Below are positions 1-11,066 of a DNA stretch of 64,000 bases, one piece after another. Under the pieces are notes generated by a model that was given only the letters and a program-made list of their open reading frames with translations, did no database searches and was not told the DNA's origin. The position numbers were made by a program, and so were the translations under genes. The stretch comes from an uncultured Phycisphaerales bacterium. Lineage in GTDB: Bacteria > Planctomycetota > Phycisphaerae > Tepidisphaerales > Tepidisphaeraceae. How positions within the stretch are numbered: the first letter of the stretch is position 1; each line of letters begins with the position of its first letter. Location of the stretch: positions 1,792,001 to 1,856,000 of the forward strand of contig CAVWVQ010000003.1 of assembly GCA_963758525.1 (NCBI GenBank), read 5' to 3'.

Positions 1-420
1 CTTCCATCAATGCGTGATCATTTTCGTGATGTCGTGAAAACGCATCCGAACGACTGGCTGAGGCAGACGATCGCCACGGATTCGCCGATGCCCTACTGCT
101 ACGACAGTCGTCTCTCGCGTAAGGCGCTACTCGACGCTGGCCACTACCGGTTCGGATTGCTGGCCTTTTCTCCGGCCGTTGACGTGCTTGTGCATGTCGC
201 ATTTCAACGATTCCGGCCTTTGATGATCGAGCAATGGAATCGAAATCTGTATTGCACATGGTCAGTGCCCTTAACTGTTGAAATTGCATCGGTCGCGGCG
301 CTGGGCATTATTCCTAGCCTCATCGATTTAAGTTTCGAGTTCCCAATCAAACCGTGTGACGCGGCGGGCCGGTACAAGCTCTTCGGTCATGCTCAACCTG
401 TAAGGAAGGCACATGTCTGA
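1..420 (+). CDS. cas8u2: C-terminal part of type I-G (I-U) large subunit Cas8 (Csb3/Cas8u2-like); 5' end lies outside the window
   Basis: Frame open from base 1; motifs ...DAG..PAVDVLVHVAFQRFRP...YCTWSVPL resemble the I-U Cas8c/Csb3 C-terminus; overlaps csb1 start, matching the order cas3-cas8u2-cas7-cas5/6-cas4/1-cas2. Confidence 0.65.
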   Translation, partial: LPSMRDHFRDVVKTHPNDWLRQTIATDSPMPYCYDSRLSRKALLDAGHYRFGLLAFSPAVDVLVHVAFQRFRPLMIEQWNRNLYCTWSVPLTVEIASVAALGIIPSLIDLSFEFPIKPCDAAGRYKLFGHAQPVRKAHV

Positions 421-1507
421 TTTATTGCACAAGCACGACGACCTCCTCAAGGACACCGGCCCGGCGGCCGTAGTCTTGAAGCATTGGCTCCAAGCCGTGG
501 GCGGAGCCATATTCTTTCCTCCAACGTACGCAAACCCGTCACAGAAGAAGGGCGATCCCCCTGTATATAACATTGACCGCTTCGAAGACCCCAAGCGCTC
601 CGTGGGTGTTGTCGATAGCATTCCCGCGCAGGCAAACCGAATCGAGCCATCACTGGGGCGAATTACCAACAACAAAGGCAAAACCGTGCGATTGGTTCCG
701 CAAATCGTCGTTACCGCCAAGGTGAAGGATGACGACGGGAAGGATGTCTTTCAGCAAGTCAATCTTCTTGACGCCGGACATCGCGCAGCGGACGCGGTCG
801 TGCAACTTTCCTCGCTCCGCGACGATATCACAAAGGCGATCAGGGCGAGGAGATCGGGCGATTCAAAGCCGCTTGCGAAACTCGCGCCGACCTCGCTGGT
901 CTTCGGAATGTGGGACTCGCGGGAAAGCGGCATCAAGGTGTCGCGAATTCTGAACTCCATTATTCGGGCGTACGACGTTCTCGAATATCGCCGATCATCA
1001 CAGTTCAACGCTGCGCTCGATTATGAATCGGCGGGAGTAGCGCCGGGCAAGGGCGAAAAGAAACTTTCCGAAGTCGGCATGGACGGCGCGCCAGCCACGT
1101 TCCAGCACGGCGGGATCGAGGCACGGGGCGGAATCTGCAGAGAGGCGTCCCTTAATCTTTGCACGCTTCGAGACATCGTTACGTCAGACACCAAGGAAAC
1201 GCTCAAGCTTCAGCGCTATATCCTCGGTCTGGCTCTAGTGGCGATTACCCACTTCGACGGCAAGGCGCTGAATCTTCGCCAGGGCTGCCAGCTCGTTGGT
1301 ATTCCCGACAAGCCCATGTCGCGGCACCTCATCAAATCCGATGGCACAATCGATCCATTTGATGTCGATCGAGATGCTGCAATTGCTTATGCCAGTGCAA
1401 CAGCCGACGACTTTGGGGTCGGTGAGGATCGTCTTAATGAAACATTCGATGCCAAAGCCGCAAAAGCGGCCCTGAAGAAGAAGGAAAAAGAGGAGGCATC
1501 CACGTGA
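413..1507 (+). CDS. csb1: Type I-G CRISPR RAMP Csb1/Cas7u (GSU0053 family)
   Basis: FPPTYA, DSIPAQANRIE, HRAADA and PTSLVFGMWDSR motifs of Csb1. Confidence 0.92.
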   Translation: MSDLLHKHDDLLKDTGPAAVVLKHWLQAVGGAIFFPPTYANPSQKKGDPPVYNIDRFEDPKRSVGVVDSIPAQANRIEPSLGRITNNKGKTVRLVPQIVVTAKVKDDDGKDVFQQVNLLDAGHRAADAVVQLSSLRDDITKAIRARRSGDSKPLAKLAPTSLVFGMWDSRESGIKVSRILNSIIRAYDVLEYRRSSQFNAALDYESAGVAPGKGEKKLSEVGMDGAPATFQHGGIEARGGICREASLNLCTLRDIVTSDTKETLKLQRYILGLALVAITHFDGKALNLRQGCQLVGIPDKPMSRHLIKSDGTIDPFDVDRDAAIAYASATADDFGVGEDRLNETFDAKAAKAALKKKEKEEAST

Positions 1508-2942
1508 TCTTCCTCCTCTCCATCCGCTTCCTCGACGATCGGTACCACGGGACCACCGACAACGGCGAGAGTACCGAATGGCCGCCCTCGCCGCTTCGGG
1601 TTTTCCAGGCAATGGTCGCGGGCAACGCGCGCGGCGATCGGTTGCCCGACGTGGTACGGGACGCATTGCTCTGGCTCGAAAAGCTCGACCCGCCTGACAT
1701 CATCGCGCCGGGCGGCTGGGACGGAATGCCACTCCTGACGTATGTGCTCAACAATGTGTCGGATTCAAATTTTAATAGCCGCGCGCCTAAGACGATTCGA
1801 CCAACGATTCTGAATGGGGACCGGCTCGTTGAATACGCTTGGACATTCGATCCGTCGGCAGAGTCAGATCGCCAGATTGAGACCTTAATCGGCGCGTCGC
1901 GACATATCCGGGCGCTGGGATGGGGAATTGACCTTGCAATCGGTCATGGCGAAAGGAAGGAAGCTTCAACGCAGACTCCGCCCCACCGAAATCGTTATGT
2001 GCCGGCGCGCACCTTGACAATCGCCGGCAAGGATCGGCGGGTGCCGCGCGATGGGAGCCTCGTCTCGCTCGAGGAAACTTACCGACAATTCCTGGCGCGG
2101 TACGAAACTCCTGGAGTGACTGCGTTCGAGTCCGCTGGTGCGATTTACGACACCGTGCAATATGGAGTCGGCGCGGCGCGCCCTTGCGTCGCGTTCAAGC
2201 TGGTGAACGAGGACGGCGATACTGTCACGATCCGCCAACAGCTCATTAAACCGCTCGTTGGCATGATCCGAAATCTGGCGAATGACCCGCGCCTCGTTGC
2301 TCGATTCGGACAAGAAACGATCGACCGAGACGTCATGGGCCATCCGAAGAGCGGAACAGAAAATCGCGTCTCAATTCTCCCGCTTCCGACGATTCGCGAA
2401 GGTCCAACCGACGGTCGCATCAGAAGGGTGATGTTCGCTCAACCGGCTTCATCGGACGGTGCGCTCTGCCGCGCATTTGACACTTTATTGGATGGCGCGG
2501 CGCTGCATCCGGAAATGAATGAGACGCGTTTGCAGGGTATCCAGCTTGAACGAATCCACCGCAGAGATTCAGTGCTACGTGCGTACACCGATGAATCCGA
2601 AGTTTGGGCTTCGGTTACCCCGGTCCTGTTGCCTGGATATGACGACCGCAAGCAGCATCGTGGCAATCATGTTAAGCGGCTTGCGCGGCGGAAGAGTTAT
2701 GCCAAAAGGCTTTGGCGCAAAGCGGTCTCCCGAGAGCTAAAGATATTCAATTGTCCCGCGTTCCTTATTTCTCGGGGTCACAACACGTCCGTGACTACCA
2801 CCCGCGCGCGAAATTGAGCAACTATCCGCGCTATCACGTGCGGCTGGAATTCGAGCAGTCAATGAGCGGGCCAGTTGCGATCGGCGCGGGACAGCACACC
2901 GGCTTTGGAACTCTTGCTGTTTACGACAAGAAGGGGAGATGA
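1504..2942 (+). CDS. csb2: Type I-G Csb2 (Cas5-Cas6 fusion); 1-nt frameshift near 2687
   Basis: N-terminal RYHG..EWPPSPLRVFQAMVAG, LGWGIDLA and WASVTPVLLPG; C-terminal Cas6 G-loop GPVAIGAGQHTGFG lies in the 2712..2942 frame; one added G at ~2687 joins the frames (RLARAEELCQKALAQ). Confidence 0.88.
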
Positions 2943-2946
2943 TGCC

Positions 2947-3873
2947 ATGCCCTCCAACGTCTCCATCACCGGTGATGACGCCCTGACGCTCGACATGGTC
3001 GGGCAATACACCTACTGCCCGCGGCGGTTCCACCTGATGTACGTGGAAGGACGCTGGGACGACAACGCCTACACGATCGAGGGACGGCACATTCATCGCC
3101 GCGTGGATCGGGTCGATCGGTTCTTGCCGGAGGCGGACGCAGAGAAGAAATCGGCCGATGATGCGGTGCGGGCGGCGGCTGCGGGTGACGAGCCGCCTGT
3201 GGTTTCGCGGTCGGTGCCGCTGGCTTCCTCGGCACTGGGACTGTCAGCGAAGCTGGACCTGGCTTCCAGCGACGGGGACGAACTCATTGCGCGGATCGCC
3301 GTCGTCGAGTCGGTGGATTCGCTGCTCGGGCTGGAGGGGAACGTCGCGCGGCAATACTTCGAAAACTTCTCCGCGATGCTCAAGCCGCGTGACTTCGACG
3401 CGGATTGGGATTTCAACTCGCGCAACCGCAGGCCACCGAAAGATCCGGTCAACGCGATGCTGTCGTTCGCGTATGCGCTGCTGGCCAAGGAATGCACCGT
3501 CGCGCTGCTGGCTGAGGGGCTGGACCCTTACTGGGGTCTTTACCGCAAGCCGCGTCATGGGAGGCCGGCGATGGCGCTGGACCTGATGGAACCGTTCCGG
3601 CCGGTCGTCGCGGATTCGGCGGTGATCACGGCCATCAACACCGGCATGGTGCGCGGCAACCATTTCACCCGCGCAGCATCCGGCTGCGCCATGAATGACA
3701 CCGGCCGCAAAGGCCTGCTCCGTGCCTATGAAGCCCGGCTCGACCAACTCGTGACCCATCCGGAATTTGACTACCGATGCTCCTGGCGATCGGTCATCCG
3801 ACTTCAGGCCCGGCTGCTCTCCCGCTGGTTGCGCGGAGACGTGCCCGAATATTCCAACCTTGTTACGCGATGA
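2947..3873 (+). CDS. cas1: Cas4-Cas1 fusion with large in-frame internal deletion (308 aa); probably non-functional
   Basis: Cas4 N-terminus (YTYCPRRFHLMYVEG, SAKLDL) joins directly to Cas1 C-terminal domain (LLGLEG, RNRRPPKDPVNAMLSFAY, LALDLMEPFRP-like) at ~3280. Confidence 0.88.
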   Translation: MPSNVSITGDDALTLDMVGQYTYCPRRFHLMYVEGRWDDNAYTIEGRHIHRRVDRVDRFLPEADAEKKSADDAVRAAAAGDEPPVVSRSVPLASSALGLSAKLDLASSDGDELIARIAVVESVDSLLGLEGNVARQYFENFSAMLKPRDFDADWDFNSRNRRPPKDPVNAMLSFAYALLAKECTVALLAEGLDPYWGLYRKPRHGRPAMALDLMEPFRPVVADSAVITAINTGMVRGNHFTRAASGCAMNDTGRKGLLRAYEARLDQLVTHPEFDYRCSWRSVIRLQARLLSRWLRGDVPEYSNLVTR

Positions 3874-3879
3874 TCACCT

Positions 3880-4170
3880 ATGAACCGCCGACATCTTCTG
3901 GTTACCTACGACATCAGCGACGACAAACGCCGAACCTCCGTCTTCAACCTCCTCCAGGCGAATGGAGATCACGCCCAATACTCCGTCTTCCTCTGCCAGC
4001 TCAACAACGCGGGACTTGCGCGTCTGCAGGCGGCGCTACAGCCGATGATCCACGCGACCGAAGATCAGATTCTGATTCTGGACCTTGGCAGGGTAGAATA
4101 TTCGGAGGCGCTGGCGATGGTCACCCTCGGCCGCGCATATGCCCCGCCGATCCGAACAATGATCGTCTAG
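3880..4170 (+). CDS. cas2: CRISPR-associated endonuclease Cas2
   Basis: LVTYDISDDKR and QYSVFLCQL motifs; 96 aa; between cas1 and the array. Confidence 0.95.
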   Translation: MNRRHLLVTYDISDDKRRTSVFNLLQANGDHAQYSVFLCQLNNAGLARLQAALQPMIHATEDQILILDLGRVEYSEALAMVTLGRAYAPPIRTMIV

Positions 4171-4346
4171 ACGGTCGCGAGCGGCGACGTTGTAAAGAGT
4201 TTGCCGTAGCCGCTCGAACTCTTTGGCAATTGAATAGTTGTATTGATATCCGAATGCTCGCCATGTCTCCTGCCGAGCCAGTTGGAGGTGACCACTCGCG
4301 ATGGCCGTTACAAGTCATTGCGAATTCGCCAACAACACCCGGCAGG
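4171..4346 (+). promoter_or_regulatory. CRISPR leader
   Basis: Non-coding, relatively AT-rich segment between cas2 and the first repeat; repeat 3' end ATTGAAGC implies + strand transcription. Confidence 0.65.
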
Positions 4347-7300
4347 CCTTCCGCGCTCATCAGAGCGCGGCACCATTGAAGCACCGTGCCACCGATCGCG
4401 TTCAGCGTGGTGACCAGCCTTCCGCGCTCATCAGAGCGCGGCACCATTGAAGCGCAATGTGTTCTATTTTTAGTTCGTCAGCGTTCATCCTTCCGCGCTC
4501 ATCAGAGCGCGGCACCATTGAAGCAATACCGCGCAGTGCCGGTTCGACTCCGGCCAGCGACCCTTCCGCGCTCATCAGAGCGCGGCACCATTGAAGCCGG
4601 TATCGCCGATCCTCCAGGCAGTTGGCGCCCGGTCCGCCTTCCGCGCTCATCAGAGCGCGGCACCATTGAAGCCTGCCCCATCTACGTCGCTCGCGTTCTG
4701 GAAGCCTTCCTTCCGCGCTCATCAGAGCGCGGCACCATTGAAGCCCGATGCGCCTGTCACGGGCATGAGGTCCGGCGTGGCCTTCCGCGCTCATCAGAGC
4801 GCGGCACCATTGAAGCCTGGAGGTAAAGGTGTCCTGCGCTCCAAGCGTTGCCGCCTTCCGCGCTCATCAGAGCGCGGCACCATTGAAGCAAGTCAACTTC
4901 TCGTTGGCCTTACGCTCAGCTTCGACCTTCCGCGCTCATCAGAGCGCGGCACCATTGAAGCGACTTCGGCCGCGCTCTTCACTGCCGACTGCTGGAGCCT
5001 TCCGCGCTCATCAGAGCGCGGCACCATTGAAGCTTGCCGGCGTTGTTGGCGCGACGAACAACGGTAAGGCCCTTCCGCGCTCATCAGAGCGCGGCACCAT
5101 TGAAGCACTTGGAACAGCCTTCATCAGCTTGTCCTGCCACGGCCCTTCCGCGCTCATCAGAGCGCGGCACCATTGAAGCCGTCGCGTTCGCGAAGTCGTG
5201 GGGATACGGCTCGCCCCCTTCCGCGCTCATCAGAGCGCGGCACCATTGAAGCACGTTTATTCTTTTGATTGACGGGCAAACTTATTCACCCTTCCGCGCT
5301 CATCAGAGCGCGGCACCATTGAAGCAATTCCCGAATCGTCCAGTCAATCGCCATCCATGCGCCTTCCGCGCTCATCAGAGCGCGGCACCATTGAAGCACA
5401 CTGATGAGCACCGGCAAGTCCACGCGCGGAGGAACCTTCCGCGCTCATCAGAGCGCGGCACCATTGAAGCTAGGGGTAGGTTGCAATGATCCGATCGGCC
5501 GCTGCGCGCCTTCCGCGCTCATCAGAGCGCGGCACCATTGAAGCAGCTGGACACCCGCGCCACCGCGGCCGAGTCGGCTGCCCTTCCGCGCTCATCAGAG
5601 CGCGGCACCATTGAAGCAGCGCGATTCTGCACCTTCGCTTCGGATGCGCCGACCTTCCGCGCTCATCAGAGCGCGGCACCATTGAAGCAAACGATGTCAG
5701 CATGTATCGTGAGGTGATGGCATTCCTTCCGCGCTCATCAGAGCGCGGCACCATTGAAGCAGCGAGATATTGCCACTGATCGAACGTTTGACGCCACCTT
5801 CCGCGCTCATCAGAGCGCGGCACCATTGAAGCCAGTCGGCCGCGTTCGATTTCGCAACCCTACCTGCCCTTCCGCGCTCATCAGAGCGCGGCACCATTGA
5901 AGCCTTGCAACAGCATCGGGAACGGTTGACGACACTTTCACGCCTTCCGCGCTCATCAGAGCGCGGCACCATTGAAGCCTGTCATCCCCCGAGCCCGACG
6001 AAGACCCCGACGTCCTTCCGCGCTCATCAGAGCGCGGCACCATTGAAGCATGCAACGAAGTTTCGGGCAGCAACTCCTCTGTCAGCCTTCCGCGCTCATC
6101 AGAGCGCGGCACCATTGAAGCCTTCCCGACGGCACCCAGTTCAGCGCGTTCCCTTCCGCGCTCATCAGAGCGCGGCACCATTGAAGCGATGCCGCGGGGC
6201 TGGGAACCCGCCGCGAGCGGCGGCCCTTCCGCGCTCATCAGAGCGCGGCACCATTGAAGCGGGATGAACAATCCGTTGCGCGAACCGGGAACGCACCCTT
6301 CCGCGCTCATCAGAGCGCGGCACCATTGAAGCATTGCCATTGGGCGTAAGGGCAAAGAGGCGACGATTACGCCTTCCGCGCTCATCAGAGCGCGGCACCA
6401 TTGAAGCACCTTCCCAAGCGTTCCATACGTTTTGCGTGCCAGCCTTCCGCGCTCATCAGAGCGCGGCACCATTGAAGCTTGACGGATTGTGACTCGTTCG
6501 TGCGTCGGCTTGGCGCCCTTCCGCGCTCATCAGAGCGCGGCACCATTGAAGCGAGACGATCGAAGGCAGGCAGTGGTGCAACGGCGTACCTTCCGCGCTC
6601 ATCAGAGCGCGGCACCATTGAAGCATTTATGGCTGAAGGACGTTGGGTTGAAATTCATGGACGCTTCCGCGCTCATCAGAGCGCGGCACCATTGAAGCTC
6701 ACGGCAGTCACTGGCCTCGGCGGTGAGTTCATCACCCCTTCCGCGCTCATCAGAGCGCGGCACCATTGAAGCATCCCGGAGTGGGCTTGGGCCACATCCG
6801 ACTTCATTGCCTTCCGCGCTCATCAGAGCGCGGCACCATTGAAGCTTGCTGTCCTCCCACACTGCGAACGCGCTTGCCAGCCTTCCGCGCTCATCAGAGC
6901 GCGGCACCATTGAAGCACGACCTGGCCGACGCGATTCTCGGCCGGGACCACGGCCTTCCGCGCTCATCAGAGCGCGGCACCATTGAAGCATCGGCGCGTC
7001 CCCGCTCGTCGTCATGGCCGTCGTTCCTTCCGCGCTCATCAGAGCGCGGCACCATTGAAGCTCGGTTCGGATCGACCCGCGCGACGCCGATATGGCTCCT
7101 TCCGCGCTCATCAGAGCGCGGCACCATTGAAGCGTGTGCCTGCCGCTGGCGTGGCCGGTGCTGTTGGCGGCCTTCCGCGCTCATCAGAGCGCGGCACCAT
7201 TGAAGTATGCCGCTTCCGTCGATGCCAACGGAGTTGACCTGCCTTCCGCGCTCATCAGAGCGCGGCACCATTGAAGCACGCTCGACGGCAACGGACTGCT

Positions 7301-7349
7301 GGAAGTGAACGTCCCTTCCGCGCTCATCAGAGCGCGGCACCATTGAAGC
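4347..7349 (+). CRISPR. CRISPR array: 42 repeats of CCTTCCGCGCTCATCAGAGCGCGGCACCATTGAAGC (36 nt) and 41 spacers (mostly 35-39 nt, one 30 nt)
   Basis: Repeats counted by hand; 8-bp stem CCGCGCTC/GAGCGCGG with ATCA loop; variants at repeat 33 (GCTTCC start) and repeat 40 (TGAAGT end). Confidence 0.98.
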
Positions 7350-8200
7350 CGATCATGACAAACGAAGCGCCGCGAAGGCATGCATTGTGCCAAATCGTGC
7401 CAAATCGTGCCATATGGAGCATTGTTGATTTAATTACGCGTGTCCCTTGGTGCTGGCTGCGGGGCCCCCTGTTTCTTGGACCGCTTGCTGCTCCGTCGTC
7501 ACAATAACACTTTTTTCCAGACGCTGATTCGTGGTAGAAGCGCTGCTGTGATGGTCTACAGAATGCACGCGACCGGCGGCACGCGAAAAAGAGGCAGATT
7601 CTGTCGCGAGGCCGAAAGCCGACATCCGCACAGCGCGGCGCCGGCAGATCGAGAGAAACGCGCCCAAAAACGGGCGAAAAACATTATCAAAACCTATCAA
7701 GCTGATGCTCGTTTTTTAAGCCAGAAGCGGGAAGCCGGGAGTCGGAAGAGAAGCGATTGAGTGATCGGAGTTCACAATGGATGGCAGTCCGTTGGCGTTG
7801 GGGGATTTGCAGTAAAGCGGAATTCCGCGGGGAGCCCTGTTAGAGGAGGAGCGCGTCGATGGATCTCAGCGTGCGCAGCTCCGAAATCGTTAGCCGCGTC
7901 GCTTGCGAGGCGTGTCCAGCGGTGCAATCGTTCCGACGGCGCCCCCGTCGGCTGCGACCCAAACAGGAGACCGCGCCCCGCAAGCGGGGCGGCCCGACGG
8001 AAAGGAAAGAAATTGCTGTCAACATTGACTGCTCCAACTCCCCTCCCCCCTGATGTCAGGGAATGTAAGGTAATGCAAGCCGACAGCGGTTTTCAGGGGA
8101 TCGTGGGGGATGTGAACCTGAGAGTTTTTTTTATCGAGCACGCTCGCGGTAAACCGCGGCGGCGAGGGAGCGTAGAAGGGGCGGCGGACGAAAGATTGTC

Positions 8201-10708
8201 ATGCGGCTGATTCGTACTATTTCCATGGCCGGGGTGATGCTGGGCATCGGCTTCGGTCTGGCGGCGCGGGGCGGCGCTGGCGATGCGCCCGTCGCGGCGA
8301 GGTCCGGGGCAACCGCCGGGGGTGCAAGCCCGGCGCCGGCGGATTCCGTGGGTGTCAATGGGGCGGGGCAGAGTGATTTTGACAAGAGCGTCTGGCCGAT
8401 TCTGCAAGCGCGGTGCGGCAAGTGTCATTTGGACGGCAATCGAAAGGGCGGGCTGCGGCTGGATTCGCGTGACCTGATTCTGCAGGGGGGCGACACCGGG
8501 CCGGCGGCGGTGGCGCATCAGAGCGGGAGGAGCCTGCTGATCGACCGGCTGACGACGACGGATCGCGATGACCTGATGCCCAAGAAGGGCCCGCCGCTGC
8601 CGAAGGGGGAGATTGACGTTTTGCGCGGGTGGATTGACCGGGGGATGCCGTGGGGCAAGGCATCGGCGTCGACGAAGCCGAGTTATGTTGCTCCGCTGCA
8701 GCCGCGCCGGCCGGCGATTCCCGCGCCGCTGGCGGCGGGCGGGAGCGGGAATCCGATCGATCGGTTTGTGGATGTTTATTTTCACGCCCACCAGATCGTG
8801 CCGCACGCGGTGGTGGACGACCGGATGTACGCGCGGCGGGTTTATATGGATGTGCTGGGGCTGCTGCCGACTCCGGGGCAACTGGCGGACTTTGAACGCG
8901 ATGCATCGGCAGAAAAGCGATCGCGACTGGTGGCGGGCCTGCTGAGCGAGGGGCAGGCCTACGCGGAAAACTGGATGAGCTTCTGGGACGATGCGCTGCG
9001 CAATGATTACCAGGGGACCGGCTACATCGACGGCGGGCGCAAGCAGATCACGGAATGGCTCTACCACGCGCTGAGCACGAACATGCCATACGACCAGTTC
9101 GTGCGCGAGTTGGTGGCTGCCGCGCCCGGGGCGGAAGGATATACCGACGGCATCATCTGGCGCGGCGCGGTGAGCGCAAGCCAGCGCCGCGAGCTGCAGG
9201 CGGCGCAGGGCATTTCGCAGGTGTTTCTCGGCATCAACATGAAATGCGCCTCGTGCCACGACAGCTTCATCAATGACTGGAAGCTTGCCGACGCGTATGG
9301 GCTGGCCAGCATCTATTCCGATACGGGGTCGATCGACATTTTCCGGTGCGAAAAGCCGACGGGCAAAACCGCGACGGCGCGGTTCATCTATCCGCAGCTT
9401 GGGTCGATCAACGCATCTGATCCGAAGCCGGCGCGGATGAAGCGGCTGGCGGATCTGATCACATCGCCGCAAGACGGACGGCTTGCCCGCACCATCGTGA
9501 ATCGGTTGTGGCAGCGCTTCATGGGGCGCGGCATCGTGGAGCCGGCTGACGACATGGACAAGGAACCGTGGAGCGTCGACCTGCTGGATTTTCTCGCATC
9601 GGACCTGGCGGACCATCACTACGACCTCAAGCAGACGATCGCGCTGATCCTGACGTCGCGGGCGTATCAGTTGCCGGCCGTTGGAGAGAGCGACGTGGCA
9701 GAGAGTTCGTTTGTGTTTCACGGGCCGACGGTCCGCCGGATGTCGGCCGAGCAGTTTCGCGATGCCGTCGCGATGGCGACGGGCATCTGGCCTTCGCAGG
9801 CAGCGACACCGGTGTTTCCGCAGAGCCCGGACCGGTCGCTGCTGCCGGGAGCGCGGTGGATCTGGAGCGATGCGAAAGCCGCTGTCGCTGCCGAGCCGGG
9901 CACGATTTACTTTCGCAAGACGATCACGCTTGCGAACAAGCCGACGGCCGCAGTGGCGATCGCCGCGTGTGACAATCGCTTCGTCCTGTATGTGAACGGG
10001 AAAAAAGTCGCGGCCGGCGACACTTGGAAGACGCCGGTGCGCGTCGATCTTCGCGGGTATTTCAAGGCGGGTCAGAATCTGATCGCGGTCGCCGCCACCA
10101 ATGACGACACTGGCAAGCCCAATCCGGCCGGGTTTCTGCTGTCGGGAGACATATTCGTTTCCGGACAATCGCCGCAACCGCTTGTGAGCGATGCTTCGTG
10201 GAGCTGCTCGAAAGAGCTGGTGCCCGGCTGGAACGAAAAGAAGGCGGACCCGGGTGACTGGCAGGCAGCGGACGTGCTGGGGGACAGCTCCATCGATCCC
10301 TGGCGAATCAATACGATTCTGAAAACAGTTTCGGGCGACACCGCGGCACTGAAGATTCGCGCTGTCTGGACGACGCGCGACTCGCTCATGAATGCGATGG
10401 GACGCCCGACGCGGGAGCAGGTTGTCACCTCGCGCATCACGCAGGCGACGATGCTGCAGGCGCTGGAATTCACCAACGGACCGGAGCTTGCCGACATCAT
10501 CTCGCGCGGAGCGGCGGGCTCACTGACGGTCAGCAGCGATCCGGAGAAGACCGCGCGCGATCTCTTCGAGCGGGCGCTGGGACGCGATCCGCTTCCCAGT
10601 GAGATGGAGCAATGCCGTCAGCTTCTGGGCGATCCAGCGAGCCAAAGCGGGGTGGAGGATTTGTATTGGGCGGTTTTCATGCTGCCGGAGTTTCAGTTGA
10701 TTTATTGA
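8201..10708 (+). CDS. Planctomycete cytochrome c / DUF1549 (PSCyt2) / DUF1553 (PSD1) domain protein
   Basis: Signal peptide; CGKCH..GGLRLD; RRVYMDVLGLLPT; CASCHD; ARTIVNRLWQRFMGRGIVEP; C-terminal PEFQLIY. Confidence 0.9.
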   Translation: MRLIRTISMAGVMLGIGFGLAARGGAGDAPVAARSGATAGGASPAPADSVGVNGAGQSDFDKSVWPILQARCGKCHLDGNRKGGLRLDSRDLILQGGDTGPAAVAHQSGRSLLIDRLTTTDRDDLMPKKGPPLPKGEIDVLRGWIDRGMPWGKASASTKPSYVAPLQPRRPAIPAPLAAGGSGNPIDRFVDVYFHAHQIVPHAVVDDRMYARRVYMDVLGLLPTPGQLADFERDASAEKRSRLVAGLLSEGQAYAENWMSFWDDALRNDYQGTGYIDGGRKQITEWLYHALSTNMPYDQFVRELVAAAPGAEGYTDGIIWRGAVSASQRRELQAAQGISQVFLGINMKCASCHDSFINDWKLADAYGLASIYSDTGSIDIFRCEKPTGKTATARFIYPQLGSINASDPKPARMKRLADLITSPQDGRLARTIVNRLWQRFMGRGIVEPADDMDKEPWSVDLLDFLASDLADHHYDLKQTIALILTSRAYQLPAVGESDVAESSFVFHGPTVRRMSAEQFRDAVAMATGIWPSQAATPVFPQSPDRSLLPGARWIWSDAKAAVAAEPGTIYFRKTITLANKPTAAVAIAACDNRFVLYVNGKKVAAGDTWKTPVRVDLRGYFKAGQNLIAVAATNDDTGKPNPAGFLLSGDIFVSGQSPQPLVSDASWSCSKELVPGWNEKKADPGDWQAADVLGDSSIDPWRINTILKTVSGDTAALKIRAVWTTRDSLMNAMGRPTREQVVTSRITQATMLQALEFTNGPELADIISRGAAGSLTVSSDPEKTARDLFERALGRDPLPSEMEQCRQLLGDPASQSGVEDLYWAVFMLPEFQLIY

Positions 10709-10812
10709 AGGGGAAAGGGGGGAAGGCACGGAGGGGGGAAGGCACGCAGGGGGGAAGGCACGGAGGCACGAAGGGGGGAAGGCACGAAGGCACGGAGGCA
10801 CGAAGGGGAGGA
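10709..10812. repeat. Short-period (G)AAGGCACG/GAGGCACG tandem repeat tract
   Basis: About 7 copies of AGGCACG directly after the stop of the PSD1 gene. Confidence 0.8.
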
Positions 10813-11066
10813 AGGGGATGTTTGTGGCGGGCACTTGGTTCGACATAGTTGTTCCGCCGATCGCGCGGATCGTTTCAGTTGGTTGATTGAACGGCGTGCG
10901 GCTTGCGGCGTATGGAAGAGTAGGTACGAAGGCATCCGCCACGTCGGATAAACTGCGGCACGAAGGGAGGAAGTAGGATGTTTGTGCTTTAGTTGGTCCG
11001 TTGAACGGCGTGCGGCTCGGGGCGTATGGAAGAGTGGGATCAGCGGATGAAAAGGAAAGAGCGCGC

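Noticed and set aside
4347..7349. Self-targeting of spacers within this window
   Set aside because: No match noticed by eye; an alignment is needed to exclude it
4386..7393. Many ORFs with repeated LPRSSERGTIEA / LQWCRALMSAEG peptides
   Set aside because: They are translations of the CRISPR repeats, not genes
7350..8200. Possible ancillary gene or ncRNA downstream of the array
   Set aside because: ORFs lack recognisable motifs or RBS, and I saw no anti-repeat; only short tandem and REP-like elements
8093..10177. Long antisense ORFs (also 13163-14944, 20661-22706, 37663-39483, 61477-62916)
   Set aside because: Shadow frames of well-supported genes in high-GC DNA
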